The notes: generated from the sequence alone by a model not told the origin. A stretch of 61,566 bases of DNA from Neovahlkampfia damariscottae (GCA_016618085.1 JABLTG010000126.1:1-61566), one strand, 5' to 3'; positions 47,602-61,164 are shown, counted from the stretch's first letter. Program-made: numbers and translations.

Positions 47602-49119
47602 TCAAGAATTTTTTATTACATTTTTGAGATGTTTTGAAAATTTGCTGTTGAAATCTCTCAAAAATATGTTTTTCACATCTAAATTGACCTTCTTGTTTGT
47701 TGTAAAAAAACCAACTCCCAAGGTTGAATAAAAATAATCTTTTGACCAATTAGATGTTGAAATGTAACAAATTTGATCGGTTACAACATACTTAGCATGA
47801 TTAACTCTTGTAAATGGATATGGTTCATAATCAGTTGGATCTTTTAAAAAATCAATAAAAATGAAAATGAACCTGGAAGTTGAATAACCTTCACTGTAAT
47901 GTTTCCATTACACCATTGATAACCACCTCTTGGTACACAAAAATCACCAAAATTTTGAAGATTTTCTAAACCAGTATACATTTGTGGTTTTGTTGAATTC
48001 CATTGAGAAACGATAATCTTAACATCTACACCATTTGAAACAGCGAATCTAATTGAATCAAATAATTCACCCCAATAAAGTTGTTTTTTCCCATAAACTT
48101 CAAAAGGTACCATATCCATAACTGATATATAAACAAAATCTTTTGCGTTTTTAATTGCACTAATCAAAGCAGTCAATTCTGTTGTTCTTCCAAGAGAATT
48201 TATCGTCTCTGGGCTTGAAGAGATAAAATTTGAATACGTGACAGTTGAATTTTGCTCTTTCAACAGTAAAGGATTATTACTATTATAACTTGTATCGAAT
48301 TTTGTTGGATAACCCATCGAGATTGTACTATTTAAAGTTTTACCAAAATATAACCAAATTCCATATATTTTTGATAAATCATCAGCCATACAAGGGCAAT
48401 CTTCAACAACAATACCCAATTCTTTGACTTGTGATAATGCTCTCCAATCAATGTTCGCACTTCCTAAATAGAAATCTTTTTTGTTAACAAGATAAATGAA
48501 TGCAAACTTGTTTCATCTGTTATTATAAATTTTGCATGTTGAACACCTGATTTCATGTTTATATTCACCAATTCTGATACAACTCCAGTTTTATAAAGAA
48601 ATTCTGCATCATCTGAAGGCATTCTTTCGTTTGGTAAATTTTGAACAATTGTTATCTGTATTGAAGGTGTTTTATTCTTTGCTGCAATCAGGTCATGATA
48701 TATTTGATTTCCGAGTTTTCCGTTACCTAAAAAATTTACTTCAAAAAAAAAAAAAAACTACCTTCATGAGCATTATTTGTGAGAGTAACATAAAATGCAC
48801 TGATTTTAATTGAATGCTTTGCTTCTGTAATTAGTTTATGAAAAGCTGAATAAGTTGATTTAACATTAGTTTGTAAATCAACTTGATGCGGTATTGTTTC
48901 AACAATACGCATTGAACATTTTGAACCACATTCAATAACTTTTGTGTTCTCTATAACATTTGAAAAATATAAAGCAGCCAACATTAACAAAGCAAAACCA
49001 AAGATTGAGAAAACCCAAGTTGCTATTCCAAGTAAAGTTTCTGTTATTAATTTGTATTTCTGTTCACATTTAGCTTGTGGAGAGGTTTCAAACACATTAC
49101 TGTCTTCGAAATCGTGCAT
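47602..49119 (-). CDS. PLD3/PLD4-like protein, tandem paralog
   Basis: IVETIP, QHAKFIITD, DWRALSQVKE and VNHAKYVVTD. Confidence 0.9.
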
Positions 49120-49900
49120 TTTAGAACCAGCTTAATAACGAAATAAACCAATCATCAGAAATAGAAGACAAAGAGGTTTTCATTGGGCAACTGCTCTTTT
49201 TTTTTGTTTTTGACGGCATACAGCACAACCATGGGAAAATGCAACCAAGAGGATCCTGATACCATAGTATTGAAAAAAATGAAAAAACTTTTTAATGAAT
49301 CAAGAGAAAAACTTCACCTTGACAATGTAAACAAAAAAAACAAAATATTAAATTAAAACCAAAAGCAAGAAGAAGAAATTTTTGATTTTGACGAATTTGC
49401 TGAGTACTTAGATTCAAATGAAAAATTGGTGAAAAAATTATTTGACTTAATTGTCAAGGTTTGTTTTAAGTAGAAAATATTAATTTTATTTTAGGAAACG
49501 TATTCAACTTACAGAAAAACGAATCCAAATTCTGATAATCGAGAAGTACCTTCCTCGACGATTCTTTTTACTTCTTCACCACTTACAGCGATGCTTCATT
49601 TAGTATCTCAGTCACAAAACCAAAATTCAACCAGAAGAAATAATCAAGAAAGAACTTCTTCAATGTTAAGTTCTTTAGTAACTTCTCTTCAAGACACAAG
49701 AAGAGATTTAGAACCAGATGATGATGAAGAAATTTTTTAAAAAAAAATTGTACACTTTGTAAATTGTTCTGTCAAATTATTTAAATAAATTTTGCTGGAT
49801 CCAATTAGACTTTATTTTGATGAAACAACTTTTAATTTTCCGCAGTTCTTCTTTCAGCCAATAAAAGAAGAAGTTTTGATTTTTCGTCAACGACTAAACA

Positions 49901-52900
49901 ATGACGAAACTCATTGATGGAGAAATTGAAATGAAAAGAATACAACAAGATGATGATATTTTAAATGCCATGTTTCGTAGAGGTTGGAAAAAGAAAACAG
50001 CTACCCTTAAAGAAGATGGTTTTTATACTGGCTATATTGGGATTGATATTAAAAAAATATTCTCCAAAAAAGATATAGTCACTGTTGAAGAATTAAGAAA
50101 AACAGATTCATATGAATCATTCAGGATAAAATTATTAAACAAAGAAATTATAGAAATTCGTTCAAAAGATAAACAAAGTAAACAAAAAATAAAACTAAAC
50201 AAAACAAGTTCGTGATAAATGGTTTAAAGTATTTCAAGAATGGATTAAAGTTAAAGTCAAAACTAAAAGAAATTGGGGTAGTTCTGTAAATCTAACTTTT
50301 GATGTTGGTTCTCAAACTAAAGTGGAAGAACGAAGAAACTCGCAACAAATTTCAGAGTTGGAAGAAATAAAAAATAATAAAACCATTGAATATTGGTTAA
50401 TGACAGGAGAAAATAATAATATTGATGAATGCTTATTTGGAAATGCTACTGACATTGAAAAATTAAAAAATTTAGCAGTTGAAACTTCTGATAATGTTAC
50501 TGAATTTAAAAAGTTTAGATATGAAACTGAGGATATATCTGATTTAGTTTGGTTATTATTTGAAAATAGTTTGGGTGACTATGGAGAAATGCTTCAAGAA
50601 GAGCTGTATTTTAGTTGTAATGTTATTTGTGTAGAATCTGATGAAAATTTATATTTGGCTTTAACTTTCAATTCAATTATTTTTTTTGATGAAGATTTTC
50701 AAGTCAAAGATATTGTTTCAATTTCAGAGATTTATAATATTCTTCAAGATTATTTCAAACAAAAATTATGTTTGATTTCAACTACTCAAAAGAAATTTTT
50801 GATCAGTTTTGAAAATAGTTATTTCAAATTAATGTTTTTTGATTATTTTTCATCTGCATTTTACACATTACATGGTTTAACACCTGAAATTTCTGTAAGA
50901 TTATAATTCAATTAATGAATGGAATATGATTTAAAGGTGGTGAGAGATATCAAAAAGTATATAAAAGAAGAAGTGGCTGAAGAAGATACTCTTGATGCTC
51001 AAATGTGTTTGTTTTTGACAGACAAATATGATTTTGGGTATTTGAAGGATCAAAGGGAATTATTTGATTTAATTTATGATTGTGGTGAAACAGAAGTCAT
51101 TTTCACTGAAAAAGTTATCAATTATAATGATAACTCAAAAGATGAAAAAGTTTTATTCGTTTTGACATCAGAATCTGTTTATTTATTGAATGAATCATTC
51201 TTTCAATTTGCAAGCTTAGAATATTTAGAGAAAATAGCATATCATTTAGATGATGATAAATTTCAAGTATTTTTTGATACACCTACAGATTTTGACATCA
51301 ATATTGTGATGCCAAGAGAAACAGGAGAATTAATGCTTGAACTAGTTAAAAATTTATTGTTAGGTTCAATTGCAATTTCAAACACTGTATAGATTCTATA
51401 TTTTCTAATTTCTTTTTCAAATAGTTAAATGAACCTGTTGGTGAAAAACCAGTTGCATTTTTTAAACAATACGTCATGGAAGGATTAGAAAGTTCAATTA
51501 AAGGTAAATATTTAAAAGGTATTCTTCTTTGTTTGAGATATTCAAAAATGTTACATTCAACAACAGAAAAAGAAAAGAAATTAATCAAAGAAGGAGTTAA
51601 ATTATTCAAAGAATTAAAAGATAATCAATTAATAAAAAATAAGTACAAAGAAGCATTGAAAGAAGAAGATATTTTTGTCTTGTATCAATTGAGTAAAGAA
51701 TATCCAATGGGGGATGATTTAAAACCTATTTTTTACAAATTGATGAATCAAAACTTGATTAAAATGAAAATTAGAGAATTTATTGAAGAATTTGATTTTA
51801 AACAAACCTCATATGAAAAATTAATCAATTGTTTTGAGAAAGGTAAAAATTGGGGTTTATCAAAAGATATGGAAGAATTGGAAATTGAATTATTGAAGAA
51901 AATACAATTACATGATTGTTTAGATGTGATGAAAAATTGTTCAATTTCTACTGAAATTTATTCATTAACTATGGCTGTACTTCAAGGAACTAATTTAGGA
52001 TCTTCAACAAAAGAAGAAAATGATTTAATTGAAAATACAAAAGAACGTTTGTCAGCACTTCATCAAGAATTAAAAATTCGAGTTGATATACAAAATATCA
52101 AAACATTTGATGCATTAGATCAATATGAAAAAAATTTTTCACAAGAAAATACCTCAAAAGAAGCAAAAGAAAGATTAAAAGAAGATTTTGAAATTGCAAA
52201 AAGAAGAATTAAAAGAGAAGAAATGAAAAGAAATTGGGAAAGTTTAGTCCATAAAGAAATCAAATCTATCAGGAACATCTTACGAGATCCTGAAAATTTC
52301 ATTGAAATTTCAATTTTAGATAAATTAAATAAATTATTGAATGATAAGAATGAATTCATATTTGAAGATTCAAGTAGTGTTGAATTGATTAATCATCAAG
52401 TTGAAAAAAGAATTCATTATCAATGTCGAACAAAATTTGAAATTTTAAAACCTAAAATTGAAGCTATTTTTGATTCTTTAAATGAAAATGAAATTAAAAA
52501 AGTCATTCAAGAAAATGAAGATTTTCCACTGGATGAAATGAAAAACTTATTGAAAAGAGGAAAATTTGTAATATTGAAATTTGTAATATTAACATTCTTT
52601 AGATTCTCTACAATAGAAAAACAAAAAGAGAATTACGTTTGTTAATCGGTATTGTTTTTAAAATGACATTTGAACAAAAATTGAACTCAATTAAATTTTT
52701 AGATAATTTAATTCAAGGAATCAAAAATTTTAAATCATTTTCAAAAGTATTAAGAAAACTTGGACATGAGTTGGTTGTAAGTGAACAATAATTAGAATTT
52801 CTAATATTTTTTTAATTTAGAAATTAAAAGAAGTTAAAGAATTGGAAATTAATTTAGATGAATCAATGCTATCTTTATCTTCTTCTTTAATTATTTATTC

Positions 52901-54693
52901 AATTGAACAAGCAACTCATGAACCAGTTTTACAAAATAAAATTAAATTAGCAAATTTGTTAATTGAATCTGAACAAGAAAGAAAAAAATTTGTTTTATCA
53001 AAAGTTGATCAATTTTTATTGGAAAATAATCGAAGTAGATTATTTCAAATCATACAATTCAAAAATTATATTCCAGAAGAAAAAATGAATGAAATTCAAG
53101 AAAAGTTAAAATCTGAAATTTTTAAAAAAGAAAGAGATGATGAAATCAAAGAATTAATGTCCAAGAATAAATTAAACAAATTAGAGAGTTATTTACAACA
53201 AAATGAACATTTTCTACCAGAAGAGAATTTAAAAATTATTAAACAAAAAATCAAAAAAATGAAGGAATATGAATCATATCTTTTAGCAATTCAACTATCT
53301 TTGAATTCTGCAATTAATGAAGGTGATTTAAAACAACTTGAAGCAACATTAAGAGAAACTGATAAAATTGAAATTTCTGATTTAGCAACAGTAAAATTAA
53401 TCAGAGAATCAAAAATACTTTTTAAAAAATTACAACCTGCTCCTGAACATGATTTTCTTCCATTCCCACCAACTCCAAGAATTCAACCTCAAACACATGC
53501 AAGTTCAAATTCAAGTACACCAGGGACTTCTTCAAGAGCTTCAAAAAAAGTTATAAAAATGCATCCATATCTCTTGGAATTATATGATACTATTCAAGTT
53601 TTAATTCAAAATATGAATGATTTAAAAATGATTGCTGGAAAATGGCATGTTCCATCACTCTATCAAAAAGGTAGAAATATTGTTAAAGCAATATTTGTTG
53701 TATTATCACATCAAACAAAAATTGGATTGTTTTCAAGAAAATCTGTTTGGAATATTTTCTCAGAAAACAAAAATCAAATCATTCAAAAAGTAAAATCAAA
53801 TCATTTTTAAACATTTAATCAGTATTTAAAATTCTTCTTATCACTGGAAGTTACTAAAAATATCGAAAATAACAAAAAAGAACAGATTTTAGCTTTAATG
53901 TTTATACATTATTTACTTCATAAAAATGTTCTAATTGAAGTTTTAGAAAGTATTTTCAATGATTCAAATTATTTATCTTCATGTTATGAACAACAAAGTA
54001 TCATGAGAAATTCAAAATTGAGTGATGATTTATTTTCAATACTTGCATTATTATATCAATTTAATTTTGAATTTGAACCAAAAAATGAATCTGAAAACAC
54101 AGTTTTAATAGCACATCCATTGACACGTTTAAAAGTAAATCAAAATTTCTTTTTTAATTTTAAAGATGACAATTAAACAATTAATTGAAATGTTTATTGT
54201 ATCAAAAAAAGAAGATATCATTCTAAAAAGAATGGATATTATTAATTTCATTAGAGGTCAATTACATTCTGAAATTTATTCAATTTTGATATTTGGATTT
54301 AATTCAGGTAATTTGATTGCTGGAAAGAATTATTTATGGGATTTAATTGAACAAGCATCAACTTTGAAATTAGAATCAGCTATGGATTTTGGAGGTATTT
54401 ATCTTCCCCATTGTGTTAATAAAATTAACAAAATTGCAAAAAAAAAATCAAATGAACACATAAAAGAAACTAAATTTAGAATTTTTATTTTTCAAGCTTT
54501 AATTGACAAAGCATTAAGTGATTATATTGAATCTATTTTTCATTTGAATCCTTTTGTTAGGGATAGATACCCAAAAAAGTCAATTGTTTTTGAAAATTTG
54601 AATTTATCTAAAATGTGTAAAATGTTGGGTCTTTTATCTAAATTAGAATTTCCATTCAAAACGGAGAATTTAATACTTGATGGATTGATTTAA
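49901..54693 (+). CDS. Large multi-exon protein: PH-like N-terminus, helical region, two RUN-like domains
   Basis: Collinear ORFs separated by short GT-AG introns. C-terminal RUN-like blocks (SVWNIF...FIHYLL...YEQQSIMR and LWDLIE...FRIFIFQAL). It could be more than one gene. Confidence 0.6.
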
Positions 54694-54742
54694 TAAAAAA
54701 CTATTTAGTTTTTTTTTATTGGACCAATTAAATTCTTGTTTA

Positions 54743-56210
54743 ATGTATTTCCAACAACAAGAAGATTTAAATGAGTTAGTAACTTATAGCGTTGAAAATG
54801 AACCTTTTATTATACCTAAAAAATATAGTAAGTCATAAATTGATTTAAAACTCTTCAAGAACTTTATGGGTAAAGAAGAAAAAAAAAAATAACTCTTCAA
54901 AAAAAGAACTGTTGGAAAAGGTGCTTATGGAATAGTTTGTAAAGCAGTAAATACAATTAATAATGAAATTATGGCAATAAAAAAAAATAAACATGTTTTT
55001 CCAAAGAACAACCAAATGGAAGAAGAAGAATCAACATCATTACTTATTCAAATGAGAATATTAAGAGAGTTAAAGATACTTATGCACTTACATCATGAAA
55101 ATGTATTCAAAAAAATTTAGATTTATTTTTTTTTCAAAAAGATTATTTCTTTAAAAGATGTTATAAAACCATCTTCAATTGATGAATTCAATGATGTTTA
55201 TTATGTATTTGAATTCATGGATACAAATTTATCTCAAGTTATAAAAAGTACTCAATCTTTGACTGAAGAACATGTTCAGTATATTATGTATCAAATTTTA
55301 TTAGGATTACAATATATTCATTCTGCAGGTATTTTATTGTTTCTAAATTATATTTAGATATTCTCCATCGTGATTTAAAACCTGCTAACATTTTATTAAA
55401 TTCAAGTTGTCAAGTTAAGATTTGTGATTTTGGTTTGGCCAGAGGAATTGATTTTAAAACAGATCCAACTATGTCAACTACATTCATTCAAACAAGGTAT
55501 TCTTTCTTGTTTTTTTTGATTATTTCCTTTTTTAGATGGTATAGAGCTCCTGAAATGATTTTGAATCATCCAACAGTCACAAAACAGGTGGATATGTGGA
55601 GTGTTGGTTGTATACTCGCAGAATTAATCGGAAGAAAACCAATATTTCCTGGGTCATCTCCATTAGATCAATTAAAACGAATTTGTCAAGTTTGTGGAAC
55701 ACCAAATTTCAAAGATGTACCAGGAGATGAAAAAACAATCAAAGTTATGTTTTCTCAATTAAGTTTTTATACTCCAATTGATTTAAGTTTAATCTATCCA
55801 AACGTATCAAAAGATACTTTAGATTTATTGGCAAAAATGTTACAATTTCAGCCGAATAATAGAATATCAGCTGAAGATGCTTTAAAACATCCTTATTTTA
55901 AATCACTTTATTCTCCAGATCATTTAGAAAAATGTGAAGAATTTGATAGTTCATTTGAGAAATTAACAAAATCATATGGCATAAAATCAGTCATGTTTGA
56001 AAGTTTAATTAAATATGGAGAAAAAAATCACAAGTAAAAAAATAAAAATCAACTAAAAAAAAAAGGAGAAAAAATAGAGAAGAAGAACAAGAAGAATTTA
56101 TGGATTTAGTGTCACCAATTCAAGATTTAATTACAGATTTTTTATCAGATTCAGAGTCACCAGAACATAAAAAAGGAAAAACATCAAATGATGATTTATG
56201 GTTTTATTAA
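54743..56210 (+). CDS. MAPK-family (CMGC) kinase
   Basis: GKGAYGIVC, LRELKIL, HRDLKPAN, DFGLAR, TRWYRAPE and DMWSVGCI. Confidence 0.93.
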
Positions 56211-56227
56211 AATAATTTTTTTTTTTT

Positions 56228-56635
56228 TTAAAAATTTTTTTTTTCTTCAATAGTGAAAATGTATATTAAAATGAATGTGAAAACAAGTATTGAAAATTGA
56301 AATGAAGGCACACAATGTTCTAAAAACTTGTCAAAAAGCGAATTGTCTTTGTGTTCATAAAATTCATATTCGTCTTCAAAGTAGTCAAATTTATTTCTTG
56401 GAGCGATTTCTAATTTTGATATTATATCTTTTGGATCTTCTTCTTCAAAAGGATCAACAGTTTCTTTTGGATATGGGTCAATGTCTTCTAAAGTTTCGTC
56501 GTCGCTTCTATCTTCCAAATGATCAATGGTATCAGCAGGATATGGATTTATTTCATCAAAATAATCTTCATGTTCTATATTTACATGTGGATCTTCATTG
56601 AATAATGAAGGTTTGCTCTTCTCTGTTGTGCTCAT
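56228..56635 (-). CDS. Acidic protein with C-terminal TM segment
   Basis: Repeated I.PYP..T.D motif and a hydrophobic tail. Confidence 0.5.
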   Translation of the reverse strand: MSTTEKSKPSLFNEDPHVNIEHEDYFDEINPYPADTIDHLEDRSDDETLEDIDPYPKETVDPFEEEDPKDIISKLEIAPRNKFDYFEDEYEFYEHKDNSLFDKFLEHCVPSFQFSILVFTFILIYIFTIEEKKNF

Positions 56636-56758
56636 GTCTTGGCGAATTTTTTCTCTTTTTTTGACCAATCAATTTGTTTCCACATTTCTGTCAAAAAAAA
56701 TAATTGATTTTTAGTCTTTTTATTAATTTTTTGTCATCAATTTTTTTATCCAATAACG

Positions 56759-57538
56759 ATGTTCCAAAAAAACACAGAAGTTTGTGTTGACTTCAATTCA
56801 GAAAATGGTTGTACAAAAGGACAAGATTGTTCAAAACTTCATTTAAAAATATATGAGAACTCATTAGAATCTCTACATAATGAATGTATTACATCATTAT
56901 CCAATAGATTATTATCATCTTTCAACTTTGGACATTATACTGATTTTGAATTGATTTTAGGATTTAAAAAGTTAAAAGTACAAACTCATAGAATGGTTCT
57001 TTATTCTTCATCACCTTTTTTTCAAAAATTTTTTGATGAAAATCCAAATGAAACGAGTTATTATTTCAAAAATTTTGAATTTCAAGATTTCCAAGAAGTA
57101 TTGAGATGGATGTATTCAGGTGATATTGTAAACATAAATCTTGATAATGCATTGGAAATTTTATTAATTTCTGATGCATTAGAAATTCCATTTCTGAGAG
57201 AATGTTGTTGTGAAATATTTTCATCAAAATCTGAATATCTTCTCGAAAGTAAACAATTTTTGAAATTTTCATTTGATATTATAAAAACATTCTTGTCAAG
57301 TGAATATTTTTATATCTCTGATGAATATTCATTATTTCAAAGAATTGTCCAATGGGCTGAAGGAAATAAAGAAAAAATTGAAAGCTTAAAAAAATACATT
57401 AGATTTACTTTGATGCCAATTGAAAATTTAGAAATTATTGAAAAACAAGGATATTTGAATTCTAAAGAGTTAAATTTAATTTTAAAAAAAATAATCAAAA
57501 AAGAAATTGAAAAAGAAAGAAAATTAAAAATTTTATAA
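56759..57538 (+). CDS. CCCH zinc finger + BTB/BACK protein
   Basis: CVDF...GCTKGQDCSKLH, HRMVLYSSSPFF, WMYSG and IRFTLM. Confidence 0.85.
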   Translation: MFQKNTEVCVDFNSENGCTKGQDCSKLHLKIYENSLESLHNECITSLSNRLLSSFNFGHYTDFELILGFKKLKVQTHRMVLYSSSPFFQKFFDENPNETSYYFKNFEFQDFQEVLRWMYSGDIVNINLDNALEILLISDALEIPFLRECCCEIFSSKSEYLLESKQFLKFSFDIIKTFLSSEYFYISDEYSLFQRIVQWAEGNKEKIESLKKYIRFTLMPIENLEIIEKQGYLNSKELNLILKKIIKKEIEKERKLKIL

Positions 57539-60009
57539 TCTAGCTCTTACACAACCTTCTAATCTAACAATTGGTGGTCCTCTTCTTTCAACATAAGGAA
57601 TATTTGGTCTTTCTGGAAAAAATTTTAAATTTTCTTTTGCCATTTCTTGTAATAATCCAGAAGGTTCAAATCTTTTTCCATATTGTTTCATTAATGATTT
57701 TAATTTAACAACAATATTTTTAACAGATCTATTATCACAATAACTCAATAAACCACCTCTGACTGGTGGAAAACCAATTCCTAATAACAAAGCTAAATCA
57801 ACATCTTCAGGGGATGATACAATTCCTTCATCCAAAATATTTGATGCTTCACGAATCATTAATAAAATACATCTATCAATGATATCTTCTGAAAATTGTT
57901 TTTTTGTTGGTTTTCCAAAAATTTTAATAATTTCAGGTGAAATTGTCATTTTAGTTTTATCATCTTTTTGATTATAGACATAAAATCCTTTTCCTGATTT
58001 TCTACCTTTAATTCCTTTTTCTACTAAATAATCCATTCCTTGAATTGGTGTAAATTGTTCTCCTAATGTTTGTAATGATGTAATGGAGTCTAATGCAATA
58101 TCTAAACCAATTTCATCTAATAAACGAAATGGACCAATAGGCATACCAAATTCAACAAAACAATCATCAATTACTTTGACTGAACCACCTTCTTTTAATA
58201 ATCTTCCTGCTTCACACAAGTAAACTCCTAAAATACGATTAACAACAAATCCAGGTGAATCCTTGACAATGATTGGTGTTTTTCCAAGTTTCAGAGCTAA
58301 TTGATAAACTGTTGAAATTGCTTCTTCTGATGTTTCTGTTGTTTTAATAATTTCAACTAAAGACATTTTTTTAACTGGATTGAAGAAATGCATTCCAACA
58401 ATATTTTTTGATTTCTTTGAATCTCTTGCAATTTCTTGAATTGACAATGTGCTTGTATTTGTTGCAATAATTGTACCACTTGAAATATTCATTTCTAATT
58501 CTTCTATAATTTTTTTTTTTATATCTAATTTTTCAGATGCTGCTTCAATGATCAAATCGGAATTTTTTACATTTTGATATTTGATTCCATGTTGAACTAA
58601 ATTTAATTTTTTTTGAACTTCTGTTGATGTTAATTTATTCTTCTTTTGTAAATCTTCAAATGTTGATTTAATTTTTTTCATTCCTTTGTTCACAAAAGCA
58701 TCTTTGATATCCTTAAAAAAAATGTCAAAATTTTTTTTGATTGTTCTACTTTCATATACACATGATAATCATTTTCTGCACAAATTTGAGCAATTCCAGA
58801 ACCCATAATTCCAGCACCAATAATAGAAATTGATTTTACTTCTTTTGGTGTTGGTAACTCTTTTGGTAATTTTTTTTTATTTTCATTCATGATAAATCCA
58901 GATACTAAATTTTTACTTTCTGGTGATATGGACATTTTACTGAAAGCCAAAGCTTCAAAATCCAACGCCTTTCAAAATATCAAAATTGTTTTTTTTTTGT
59001 TTACTGCAGAAGGAGTCTCTGTGAAACTATTCAAAACTGTTTCAAGTGCATAATATGGTGCTGGATATTTTCCTTTTGTTTTTTTATTCAAGTCTTTTAA
59101 AGCCATTTTATAAACAAAATATCTTCCAATCCAATTATCATTGAATAATTTTTCACGAAAAGTCAAAGTTTTAACTTGTTTTCTTGATTTTGATAAACTA
59201 TTAGCGTATGATCTAACACAATCAAAGAAATTATAATCATCTTTAATTTCAAAAATTCGATCAACAAGTCCTAGTTTTTTTGCACTTTCTGGATTTACTG
59301 AATTTCCAGAAAGTATAATTTGAAGTGAGTTTGATAAACCAATGATTTTTGGTAATCTAATAGTTCCACCACATCCAGGTACAAATCCTAATTTTGCTTC
59401 AGGTAATCCAAGTTTTGTTTTTTTTGATGAACATGATACACGATAAGTACACGCCAAACATAACTCTAAACCTGCTCCTAAAGCATTTCCCTATTTTTTT
59501 AGTTTTTTTTTTGATTTACTTTTATCGCTGCAACTGTTGGAATTCTAATGGCATTCACTCTGTCAAAGAGTCTTTGTCCAGATCTTGAAATGTCAATCAA
59601 AGCTATTTTTTCAGTTTTTTTTTTTTGAACATACCTTTTGCGTCAGTTATTGGATACAATAATTTAACATCTGCTCCAACCATAAAAGATTTCTTCAAAC
59701 TATAAAAAACGAGTATTTTAAGAGTTTTATCATTAATGTATTTGTCAACAATGTTGAGAACCTGAATGTGAAGTTAAAAAAAAAGATTATTTTACATCAT
59801 GCAAATCTTGTATAAATTGAGCTGTCATAAAATTAACTGATTTGTTATCAGAGTTGAGTAAAATCCAACCACAGTCATCTGAGTCAAGAATAAATTGAAC
59901 ATTAGAAGTAACAAGTTTATCTTTAATAGATCCTTTGAAGAAACCTATGTCATTTTTGGTCAGTTTTTTTTTTTTGCTTGCTTATACCTTCAAAACTTTC
60001 CAAGTTCAT
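57533..60009 (-). CDS. Fatty-acid oxidation multifunctional enzyme alpha subunit (FadJ/HADHA type)
   Basis: FMVGAD, GAGLEL, GLPEAKLGFVPGCGGT, GKYPAP, IIGAGIMGSGIA, GMHFFNP and PGFVVNRIL. C-terminal ARL (PTS1). Confidence 0.92.
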
Positions 60010-60364
60010 TTTATCCAATCAAATTTCTACAACAACTTTCCAACTAAAATGGATGAAGAAGAAGAAAGAATTGCTCCAAATTTTTTTAGTTTAGCAATTG
60101 GAATATTAATTATAGCTGTTGGTTTTTACATATGGGATTCATCTATACCTTCACATGTTAAAACTTCTTTATCGGATAAATTTGATGATGCTTCATATGA
60201 TCCAGAAGGAGATTTCTTATAAAGGTATTCAGAAAGATATCATTTTAAATTGACCAACTTGAGTTTTGAGGATATCAGAGACAACACACTTGATGTACGA
60301 AAAAGTAAGCAATATGAAAAAGAATTTCAATAACAATAAATATTGATATTATTTTTTAGAATAT

Positions 60365-61119
60365 TTATAATTCATCATGTCCTGTTAATGCATCTTCATA
60401 AACTAAATCATCACTCTCCATTCTAATTACAGAAAGAATTCCATTTTCAACTTTTAAACAAGATGGATATTTTGAATGTTGTAGACCAACATCAATCATC
60501 ACTAATTTCATTTTACAACTAAAATCAATGGTATTCTTTGGTGTATGTCCTACAATCATTCAATTCACATTCAAAGCATTCAAAGTCTCTTCCAAAGTCT
60601 CACACATTAAATCATGATCCCAAGACTCTGAAAAGTATCGAGTCCAAAGAGGTCCTTTTGACCCAGTTGTACAATATTTTCCGTGTTTGAACTTCCAATT
60701 CTACCAATTAAAGGATTCATTGCTTCTGTATAATTTGGTTTGAATTCAAATTTATTCACATATCTAAAATCATTTCTTAAATTCATCACTTCCTTTTGGA
60801 AAAATAAATTTTTTTTTATTTACATGATTTCCTAAGAGCATAATGACTTTTCCTCCAAATTTTGGAGCTTCTTTTGTAATTTTTGAAGTAATTCTAAAAC
60901 AGCAATGGTTTCAGAGCCACGGTCTAAGATGTCTCCAGTTTGTATTAGTATTGTGTTTTTTCCTGTCCAAATTGGTGTTTTTTCATCATTGATAATGGAA
61001 GACATTTTCAATAATTTTATGGTATTTTCGTAATTTCCATGTAAATCTCCTATGGCTATAACTCTTTCTGAAATGGAAAATGAAAAAAAAAAGGACAGAA
61101 ACAACAAAATCGACTTCAT
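60365..61119 (-). CDS. Shewanella-like PPP phosphatase (SLP), apparently frameshifted
   Basis: GDLHG, GDILDRG, GNH (out of frame), MIVGHTP and IDVG. Signal peptide and C-terminal HDEL. Confidence 0.75.
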
Positions 61120-61164
61120 TTGTGTTTATAATTTGATTGGATAAACTCTTAACTTTATACAAGT

